Source: Basidiobolus meristosporus CBS 931.73 (lineage: Eukaryota > Fungi > Basidiobolomycota). From it: 64,000 bases of DNA. Below are positions 26,639-36,935 of this stretch, piece after piece. The notes under the pieces were generated by a model, which was given only the letters and a program-made list of their open reading frames with translations, did not search any database and had not been told where the DNA came from. Location: positions 62,001 to 126,000 of the forward strand of contig MCFE01000141.1 in assembly GCA_002104905.1 (NCBI GenBank), given 5' to 3'. The position numbers were made by a program, and so were the translations under genes. Positions within the stretch are counted from its first letter, which is position 1; each line of letters opens with the position of its first letter.

Positions 26639-27716
26639 TGTAGTGGGGTCACAGTGACACCCACAGGCAGATGTGCTCATTCTTATGCGTTCACTTCCCT
26701 AAAAAGGATTACCCCGCCTATATTATTATCATCCCAAATTTGCAATATTTCCTATTTTTGTCTATGTGATTATTACTATGCAACCTGACAAACTATTTGT
26801 CACTATTAACCCATTGCACAAGCTATTCTTTTTCCTTGCCAAGATGCCAAGATGGGATATTTACCTTATAAGGCAAGTACCCCAACAGTGCCCATGTCAC
26901 ATGACCATCTTGGTTTCATAACCCCCCCTCTCACCACCATAAGAGGCAACCACATGACGCAGAGGTTTCATATTACCACTACCTGATTGGCTAGGTGCTA
27001 CTATGTCTCATGGAACAATCTGCCAAGAATTTGCGCTATTTTGAGTACACAAAGACATGATTGGTTGTCTACTACCTTCTGGAAACTTCCGGAAGTATTA
27101 TCTAGCAAGAACTTGAGCAACAAAAAAGTATATAAGGGAGGCTATCCCTTAAAATAAATCATCCCTCTTCCAATATTCCGACTTATTGATTAGTGAGATC
27201 ACCGCTACCTATTACCACTATTTTCTGACTCAGACCTGACGACACTCCCAGGAAACCGCGCTGACAGCCAACTGACCTTGGAGGCACTACTTGTGAGGAA
27301 TACTCAGAGTAGGTATATTTTATTATATTTGTTTGTTTTCCCAAGTTTGTTCTTGTACAGGCAAAGATACTTTTCAGTCTTTGTAACTATTGGTCAAAGC
27401 TGCATTCTTATCAAGTCCCTGTTGGTGGAGTTTACAGTTGTTTTGACTTTGGAAGCTTTAGTACATTGTCATCTCAAAGGACATCAAAGCCATTATAAAC
27501 TTTTGTTAAGACGCCAACTAAGTTGGTGATTGTAGTTCAATAGTTTTCCCTTGACAAGCTTGAGGCTTTATCCCCCATCACATTAGATTAGATAAAAGAC
27601 CCAGTATTCCTAGCAAGCTTTTGCCAGAGGTTATCGCACCCAGTGAACACCCCACACACATTCACACTTGAGAAGTGTTGGCCGTATTTTGCCCTTTGGA
27701 CTTATACACCACCACA
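26639..27716 (+). mobile_element. Solo LTR, family C (~1.08 kb, probably Ty3/Gypsy), inserted in Copia-A RT
   Basis: TGTAGTGG...CCACCACA ends; TATA-like AAGTATATAAGG near 27127; homologous to 34922-35991; flanks CCAG/CGGG. Confidence 0.8.
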
Positions 27717-30504
27717 CGGGTGCAAAGGTCTCAGTATAGTCAAGTCCTTTTGTTTGAGAGTATCCTTTGGCTACAAGTCCTGCTTTGTATCTTTCAATTG
27801 TACCATCAGCCTTGTATTTTGTCTTGAAGACCCATCTGCATCCAATTGATTTTTGGTTGATTGGTAATTTGACTAAGTCCCAAGTTTGATTTTCCATCAG
27901 GGCCTGATATTCCTCAGTCATTACAGATCCCCAAACTTTGTCTGAGGGCTATTTAGGACCTCTTTTACACTCTAGGGCTCACCAATATGGACTGAATAGG
28001 CATAGGCTAAGTTTGTACCCTTGTGATATAGTAATTTGGGCTATTTCTTGTTTGATTGGATCTCTGGGCATTTGATACTATAATGATCACTTCTGAGATA
28101 TTCCTGGGCACTGATCTTGGCTGAACCATGGTTGTAGAGTTCTCTGGAGTGAAAAAATATTCATTGTTTTGCTCTGACTCAATCCTGACAATTGGTGGAC
28201 TTGGGATCAAATTTTTGTCATCATCTGATGTCATTTTTTGTTAAAATTTTGAATTTTCATCAAGCAACACATCCCTGAACTTGATCAGCTTCTTTGCTTT
28301 GGTATTGTAGAGTCTGTATGCCTTACTCTCATTGCAGTAGCCCAAAAATATGCATTTTGCACTTTTTGGCTCAAATTTTGACTGATTTCCAGCCAGTTTT
28401 TTGGCATATGCTGTACACCCAAATATTCTTAGATGTTCTGCACTTGCTCTGTATCCATGCCATGCTTCAAATAGAGTAGAATCACAAAGTATTCTGTTAT
28501 AACTCCTATTGTTAAGGTATACAGCAGTGGCAACTGATTCCGCCCAAAAATCATAGGATAATTTTTGATCATGAATCATGGATCTTGCCATATCAATTGT
28601 TGAGATGTTAGCAAGTTCTGCTACTCCATTTTGCTGTTGGGTGTATGGTACAGTAGTCTCTTGCTTTATCCTATGAATTTTGCAGAAGTGGATGAAGAGT
28701 TTTGAGGTATATTCTCCACCATTGTCAGAGCATATTTTCTTGATTTTCTCACCAGTTTCTCTCTCCACCATGGCTTTAAATTCCCTGAGCTTAGACAGAG
28801 CTTCTTCCTTTCTCTCCATGAAGTAGACCCATGTGCATCTTGTATAATCATCAATAAAAGTGATTAAATACTTTATCCCATCCGAGGATAAACCTAGCAT
28901 AAGACTACACAGGTCTGAGTGAATTAGATCTACGTTTTTCTTAGTTTTGATTAACCTGGAGCTCTTGAACAGCTGTCTGGCTTATTTCCCACATATGCAT
29001 GCTTCTCAGTGTCCCAAATCAGCTGGGGGATCAATTCTAACTCTGGATATTAGCAGATCTTTGATCATTTTGTGCAAATAATCAAAATTGATATGCCCAA
29101 ATCTCCTGTGCCAACGCATTTGTGTTTCTTCATTTAAATTACTTATATTGGCTTCCAAATATGATGGAATATAAGTCAGCTTGTATAGATTCTGATCTTT
29201 GATACACAAAGCAATATGGGTACCACTTTGATCAGTGATCTTGCATCCAGAATTGTCAAAGCAGAAATGGAGTCCTTCTGCCGTGGCCTTGCTTACAGAT
29301 AGTAGGTTCTTGGCTATTACTGGTACATATAGTACTTCTTTAAAAGTCAATGTATGGCTTCCTTCACTGCTTCTAAGGTTTACTTGGATAGTTCCTTCTC
29401 CCACTGCATCAAGTGTTCTATTGTCACCCATGCAAACCTTCTTAATTGGAATTTCTTGATATTAGGTAAAAAGTTCTTTTTGGTGTGTAAAGTGTTGAGA
29501 TGCTCCAGAGTCAATATACCATGTCGGAGAATTTTTGATTGTGGTCATAGTTAGTGCAGATAAGAATAGTTTATCTTCAGTTGTTGCAGCATTCTCATAC
29601 TCAGGCTTTTCTGCTGGCTATCTCTCTTTTTGAAGCACCTGTCTGATGTGTGTCCTTTCCTTTTGCAGTAGTTGCAAAATAGGTTGCTGTTGCCTTTGTA
29701 GGGTCTTGGGTACCTCCTTTGTTGGTTATCATTGTTTATTAAAGCATTTTTCTCCTCATATTGGCACTTAATTTACCTAATTCTACATCCAGGAGCCTTT
29801 CATATACGCAATTTACAGTCAAATCTTTGGTTCTGGACTCTAGGGCTGATACAAGGCCCTGAAACCCATCTGTCAGACTATTCAGGATGGTAACTATCAC
29901 ATTCTCATCAGTATTTGGCACGCTCACAGATTTCATTTCATCCACCAGCAGGGTAATTCTGTTAATTAGATTTTTCATTTCTTCTCCTGGCTGCATCTTT
30001 GTAGTAAAGAATTTTTGTCTCAGATACATTTTCTCAGCAGCTGAGCATTACTGGTAGGTGTCTTCTAATGCCTTCCAGGCTTTCTTTGCGGTTTTTGCTC
30101 TTGAGCATTGAATTAGCATTTGTCTTTAAGGCATATGCAGTTCAAGGCACTTTGTTCTTTCTTCTAGTACTTTAAGGCTTCCTCTCCCATGTTTTTAGGG
30201 GGCATTCTTCTCCAACAACAATATCCCAAAGGCCTCTTTCTTGTACCAGCATCTTCATCTTCACCTTCCACTCCTGGTAGTCAGATCTATCCAACTTTTC
30301 AGCAGAGGAGAAAGCTCCAGTAATAGCAGTAGTATACCTTGCAGAGAGTGACAGCTTAGGGCTCATAACCTGTTGTAAGAGTCTTGGAGATACTGGAAGT
30401 AATTAGGAGGACAAGTAGATTATGTGGTTTTCACTTAATGATTTATTGTATGTAAAAGTAGTATTTATACTTTTACTTTGTCTTGGCATTATAAATCCGC
30501 AGAA

Positions 30505-30774
30505 TAGGTTAAGAAAGGTCCCAAGAACATGTGTGCAAAGATTGGGGCTGTTTGGACAACTTTGAGAATTCTCATGTTGTGGGTACCTGGTATTTTGGTG
30601 TAAATATTCCAAGTAAATGCCAACAAGGAATTTGGTCAGTAGGCTAAGAAAGGTCCCAAGAACATGTGTGCAAAGATTGGGGCTGTTTGGACAACTTTGA
30701 GAATTCTCATGTTGTGGGTACCTGGTATTTTGGTGTAAATATTCCAAGTAAATCCCAACAAGGAATTTGGTCAG
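30505..30774. repeat. 135-bp tandem duplication inside the 5' LTR of the compound element
   Basis: Units 30505-30639 and 30640-30774 differ at only two positions that I could see. Confidence 0.95.
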
Positions 30775-33415
30775 TATCCTCTAGGATTTGAAGGTAATGA
30801 TCTAAGTGACTAAGCTAGGTGAATATTTAGGTGGAATTATAAATTCTTACAACCACTATTGCCCTATGCCAATCCAAGCATATTTAAGATAAACTAAGGA
30901 AGTTTCAATGGAACATTGTAACCAGCAGCTACTCCATTGGAGATTAGCCTTAACTTAGTCAAAACTCAACTAAATCAAGAGAGCTTGGTGCCACCTGCAA
31001 GCCCTGACTTTCCTTATTTATTGATGGCCAACCATCTGGGTATATTATGCCTAGAACATGCTCAGATTTCCTATATTTGGTGGGTGTTGTCAGCCCTCAG
31101 AATTACAACTATGGATATAATCATATTGCAGTTGTTAGGCAGATTTTTAGAAACCTGAAAGGAGCTGTTGATATCTGCTTAAGGTACACCTATGAGGATT
31201 CCTATCAGGTTCTTTGGGACTCTCTGATGCTGATTGGTTACAAAGCTTAGAAGTCAAAAGATTCACCACAGGTTACGCCTTTCTATACTGTAAAGGAGAA
31301 TTTTTGTTTGAATCAGGAAAGCAGCCAACTGTAGCACTTTCTGTTGCAAAAATTTGTATTTCTACCTAAATATTCACCTAGCTTAGTCACTTAGATTGTC
31401 ATCTTCAAATCCTAGAGAATACTGACCAAAATTCCTTGTCAGGATTTACTTGGAATATTTTCACCAAAATACCAGGTACCCAGAACATGAAAATTCTCAA
31501 AGTTGTCCAAACAGCCCCAAACTTTGCACACATGTTCTTGGGACCTTCCTTAGCCTATTCTACATGCTTATTATGCCAAGACGAGGTAAAAGTATAAATA
31601 CTACTTTTACATTCAAAAAATCATTAAGTGAAAACCACATAATCTACTTGCCCTCCCAATCACATCCAATATCTCCAAGACTATTACAGAAGGTTAAGAG
31701 CCCCAAGCTGTCACTCTCTGCAATGTCTACTACTGCTATTACTGCAATTCCTCTCTCTGCTGAAAATTTGGATGGATCTAACTACCAAGTGTGGAACGTG
31801 AAGATGAAGATGCTGCTACAAGAAAGAGGCCTTTGGGATATTGTTATGGAAGAAGAATACCCTCCTAAAAGTGTGGGAGAGGAAGCCTTAAAGTACCAGA
31901 AGAAAGAACAAAGTGCCTTTAACTGCATTTGCCTTAATGTCAAGGACAAATTGCTGATTCAATGCTCAAGAGCAAAAACAGCAAAGAATGCCTGGAAAGC
32001 ATTAGAAGACACCTACCAGTCATGTTCAGCTGCCAAGAAAATGTATCAGAGACAAAAATTCTTTACTACAAAGATGCTGCCAGGAGAAGAAATGAAAAAT
32101 CCAATTAACAGAATTACCCAGCTGGTAGATGAGATGGAATCTGTGGGCGTACCAACTATTGATGAGAATGTGAAAGCTATCATTGTGAATAGCCTGACAG
32201 ACAAGTTTCAGGGCCTTGTATCAGCCCTAGAGTCCAGAACTGAAGATTTGACCTTAAATTATGTATATGAAAGGCTCCTGGATGAAGAATTAATAAAATC
32301 AAGTGCCATTAAGAAGTAAGAAGAAAATGCTCTAATAAGCAATGATAACCAACAAAGGAGGTACCCAAGACCCTACAAAGGTAACAGCAACCTGTTTTGC
32401 AACTACTGCAAAAGGAAAGGACACACATCAGACCACAGTCTCAAAAAGAAAGATAATCAGCAAAAGAAGTCTAAATATGAAAATGCTGCAACAACTGAAG
32501 ATAGACTATTCATATCTGCACTAACTATGACCACAAACAAGGATTCTCAGATGTGGTATATTGACCCTGGAGCATCTCAATGCTTTCCACACCAAAAGGA
32601 CTTTTTACCCAATATCAAGAAATTCCAATTAAGAAGGTTTTCATGGGTTACAATAGAACAGTTGATGCAGTGGGAGAAGGAACTATCCAAGTAAACATAA
32701 GAAGCAGAGAAGGAAGCCATACACCGACTTTTGAAGAAGTTCTATATGTACCAGAAATAGCCAAGAACCTACTATCTGTAAGCAAGGCCACTGCAGAAGG
32801 ACTCAGTTTCATCTTTGACAATTCTGGATGCAAGATCACTGATCAAAATGGTGCCCATATTGCTTTGGGTATCAGAGATCAGAATCTATACAAGCTGACT
32901 TATATTCCATCATATTTGGAAGCCAATATAAGTAACTTAAATGAAGAAACACCAATGCTTTGGCACAGAATATTTGGGCACATGAATTTTGATTATTTGT
33001 GCAAAATGATCAAAGATCAGCTAATTACTGGAGTAAAAATTGATCCCCCAGCCAATTTGGAGCACTGTGAAGCCTGCCTATATGGGAAATAAGCCAGACA
33101 ATTGCTCAAGAGCTCTGGGTTAATCAAAACTAAGAAAAAATTAGATCTAATTCACTCAGATTTGTGTGGACCTATGCAAAATTTACCCTTAGGCAGGATG
33201 AAGTATTTGATCACTTTTATTGATGATTAAACAAGATACACATGGGTTTACTTCATGGAGAGAAATGAAGAAGCTCTGTCTTAGTTCAGGGAGTTTAAAG
33301 CTATGGTGGAGAGAGAAACTGGTGAAAAAATCAAGAAAATACGCTTTGACTATGGGGGAGAATATACCTCAAAACTCTTCATCCAATTCTGCAAAATCCA
33401 TGGGATAAAGCAAGA

Positions 33416-33626
33416 AGACTTGTTCCATTGTGCCATTGATCATAGTGCCAGAATGTGCTGTATATTTTGTTATTAATTTGATATTTTAGGGTCATATGCA
33501 TGTCAATTTTGATCCCAAATAGGCACTGTATGGCACCATCTGGCACTCTGTGACATGATCAGGCACCATCTGGCATGCTATGGCACTATTGGGCCCTATG
33601 ATCAGCTGGAATGATGGAACAAGTCC
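33416..33626. mobile_element. 211-bp MITE-like element with the same termini as the foldback elements, TSD AGA
   Basis: AGACTTGTTCCAT...ATGGAACAAGTCC; repeated GGCAC/GTGCC motifs; the empty site AAGCA-AGA-GACTACT restores the integrase reading (KQETTVP). Confidence 0.85.
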
Positions 33627-34921
33627 AGAGACTACTGTTCCATATTCCCCACAGAAAAATGGAGTAGCAGAATGTGCTAACAGATTAATAATTAGTACGG
33701 CAAGATCTATAATCCATGATCAAAAATTATCCTATAATTTTTGGGCGGAATCAGTTGCCACTGCTGTATACCTTAAAGATAGGAGTTATAACAGAATACC
33801 TTGTGATTCTACTCTATTTGAAGCATGGTATGGATACATACCAAGTGCAGAACATCTAAGAATATTTGGGTGTATAGCATATGCCAAAAACTGCCCAGAA
33901 ATCAGTCAAAATTTAAGCCAAAAAGTGTAAAATGCATATTTTTGGGCTGGTGCAATGAGAGTAAAGCCTACAGACTCTACAATATCAAAGCAAAGAAGCT
34001 AATCAAGTCCAGGAATGTGTTGTTTAATGAAAATTCAAAATTTTCACAAAAAATGACATCAAATGATGACAAAAATTTGATCTCAGTTCCACCAAAAGTC
34101 AGGTTTGAATCAGAGCAAAACAATGAATATTTTTTCACTCCAGAGGACTCTACAATGGTGGTTTTGCCAGAATTGGTGCCCAGGAATATCCCAGAAGTGA
34201 TCATTCCAGTATCAAATGCCTGGAGATCCAATCAGACAAGAAATAGCCCAAATTACTATATCAATGAGGGTAAACTTAGCCTATGCCAATTGAGTCCATA
34301 TCGATGAACCCCAGACTGTAAAAGAGGCCCCAAATAGCCCTCAGACAAGGTTTTGGAGATCTACAATGACTGAGGAATATCAGGCCCTGATGGAAAATCA
34401 AAAATGGGACTTAGTCAAATTACCAATCAATTGAAAATCAATTGGATGCAGATGGGTCTTCAAGACAAAATACAAGGCTGAAGATACAATTGAAAGATAC
34501 AAAGCAATACTTGTAGCCAAAGGATACTCTCAAAGAACAGGACTTGACTATACTGAGACATTTGCACTGGTGGCCAAGTTTAATCCCATCAGATCAATAT
34601 TGGCTATTGCAGCTAAATACAAGTTTTTTATTCATCAAATGGATGTAAAAGTTGCTTTTTGAATGGAGAGCCTGATGAGGACCTGCATATGGACCAGCCT
34701 GATGGGTTTGTTGACCAAGATAACCCCCATTTGGTCTGCAAGCTTAAGAAGTCATTATATGGTCCCAAACAATCACCAAGAGCCTGGAATTGCAGGATAG
34801 ATTCTTATTTGGAATCTTTGAGTTTCAAACAGAGTAATGCTGACTATAGTATATACTATGAGCCAGATAGAGCAAATCCGGTTCTATTAGCCCTATATGT
34901 GGATGTTCTTACTATAGCCGC

Positions 34922-35991
34922 TGTAGTGGGGTGACAGTGACACCCACTGACAGATGTGCTCATTCCCTTATTTTCTACTCCCCATATCTCCACTACACTT
35001 ATTTTAGTTTTATCCCATTTGTCTTACCCAATCAGTACTATCCCATAAGCCGGTTGACTATCACACCTGCTTAACTTATTGCATAAGTTACCCCTCACTT
35101 TATGTAAGATTACTAGCTATAAGTACTTCTATATTAGGCAAGTACCCGCGCCAGTACCCGTGACACATGATCAGCCCGTGTCACCATCCCTACCATTTCC
35201 ATACCATATATGGTATCCCCATGTTACACAGGTTTCAGAATACTGATTCCTGATTGGTTGGATGTGCTGTGCCTCTTAGAACCTTCCGGCACCTACTTAG
35301 AACATTCTTAGGTCATTCTGATGTCATTAAGATTTCTATTGATCTCTGGAACCTTCTGGAGCACCATGATTAGTAATCACTTAGCCAGTGAGAAAAGTAT
35401 ATAAAGGAGGCTATCCCTCAACAATAAATCATCATCCCTTTTATCAATATACCAACTTGTTGATTAGTGTGATCACTGCTACCTGCTGCTACCTGAACTT
35501 CCAACCCTAGACCACAGGACACTCCCAGGAGACCACGCTGACAGCCAACTGACCTTGGAGGCACTACTTGTGAGGAATACTCAGAGTAGGTATCTTTTAT
35601 TATATTTGATTCTTTCCCAAGTTTGTTCTTGTACAGGCAAAGATACTTTTCTGTCTTTGTAACTATTGACCACAGCTGCATTCTTATCAAGTCCCTGCTG
35701 GTGGAGTTTACAGTTGTTTTGACTTTGGAAGCTTTAGTACATTGTCATCTCAAAGGACGCTGAACCCAGCACATACTTTTGTTAAGACACCAACTAAGTT
35801 GGGGATTGTAGCTCAATAGTTTTCCCTTGACAAGCTTGTGGCTTTATTCCCCTTTACATTAGATTAGAAACAGAACCCAAGTATTCCTAGCAAGCGTTTG
35901 CCAGAGGTTATCGCACCCAGTGAACACCCCACACACAAAACACTTGAAAAGTGTTGGACCTATCTCTCCCTTGGACCTATACACCACCACA
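34922..35991 (+). mobile_element. Solo LTR, family C (1070 bp), perfect 4-bp TSD CCGC
   Basis: TGTAGTGG...CCACCACA; CCGC at 34918-34921 and 35992-35995. Confidence 0.88.
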
Positions 35992-36385
35992 CCGCCAATA
36001 CTCTAGAAACAGTATGAACATTTTGCTGAGTGGGAGTGTTGTAAAAGCTTGTAATTCCACCTAAATATGCACCTTACTTAATCACTTGGGTCATTATCTT
36101 CAAATCCAAGAGAATACAGACCAAATTCCTTGTTGGGATTTACTTAGTACATTTTCACCAAAATACCAGGTACCCAGAACATGAAAAGGCTTAAAGTTGT
36201 CCAAAGAGCCCCAAACTTTGCACATATGTTCTTGGGACCTTCCTCAGCTTATTCCTTGTGTTTGTAATGCCAAGACTATGTAAGAGTATAAATACTACTT
36301 TTACATTCAATAAATCATTAAGTGAAAACCACATAATCTACTTTTCCTCTCAATCACTTCCAATATCTCCAAGACTCTTACAACA

Positions 36386-36835
36386 CTTAGATTATTGCCT
36401 CTCAATCTTGTAGAATACCCACCAAATTCCTTGTTTAGATTAACTTTGAATATTTTCACCAAAACATTGGCTACCCAGAACATGAAAATTCTAAAAGCTA
36501 TCCAAACAGCCTCAAGCTTTGCACACATCCTCTTGGGACCTTGCTGAGCCTATTCTGCATGCTTGTTATGCCAAGATTATGTAAAAGTATAAATACTACT
36601 TCTGCATTCAATTAATCATTCAATGAAAACCACATAATCTACTTTTTCTTCAAATTTACTTCCAGTATCTGCAAGACTCTTACAGCACTTGGGACCTTCC
36701 AGAACACAATATATGTATTTGTAATGCCAAGATCATGTAAAAGTATAAATACTCCTTTTACACTCAATGAATGTTGAAGTGAAAGCCACATAATCTAATT
36801 ATTTTTGCAATCACTTCCAATACCTCCAAGACTTG
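36386..36835 (+). mobile_element. Two stacked 5'-truncated Copia-A LTR fragments (36386-36687 and 36688-~36835)
   Basis: Each begins mid-LTR directly after the terminal ACA/GCA of the preceding LTR. Confidence 0.75.
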
Positions 36836-36935
36836 AGCAGGAACAAAAAACTCTTGAAAAGAAAGCTAGGTAATAGATATTCTAAATATCTTTCCAATCA
36901 ATGCAGGTTCCTTTGGCATCTTACAATGTAAATGT

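Larger units (their letters stand above)
22237..30854 (-). mobile_element. Compound Copia-A block with three LTRs (22237-22584, 24972-25318, 30371-30854): one full internal region plus an extra RT-RNase H segment, all flanked by one TSD (ACTAT)
   Basis: ORFs 29739-30029 (gag), 29006-29431, 28241-28900 (integrase), 25330-25779 and 23435-23995 (RNase H), 24547-25035 (RT). Polypurine tract GAGTGG(G/A)AG precedes both downstream LTRs; PBS at 30359-30370; ACTAT at 22232-22236 and 30855-30859. Confidence 0.88.
31342..36385 (+). mobile_element. Copia-A element 4: 5' LTR 31342-31691, gag, PR, INT, partial RT, large RT/RNase H deletion near 36010, 3' LTR 36037-36385; carries inserts at 33416-33626 and 34922-35991
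   Basis: ORFs 31450-32319 (gag), 32580-33092, 33580-33930, 34659-34934; PBS variant GGTTAAGAGCCC at 31692-31703; PPT GAGTGGGAG before 36037. Confidence 0.9.

Noticed and set aside
30505-30774. Direct repeats (135 bp, 51 bp, ~348-bp LTRs) as a possible CRISPR-like array
   Set aside because: No constant short repeat with unique spacers; all are tandem duplications or LTRs in eukaryotic DNA.
31450-31700. Open frame running through the Copia-A LTR into gag (MEYFHQNT...; also at 30403, 39480, 55998, 57493)
   Set aside because: Its start codons lie upstream of the LTR TATA box, so they should not be in the genomic RNA; recurrence just reflects LTR copies, and the frame is broken in 36936-37283.
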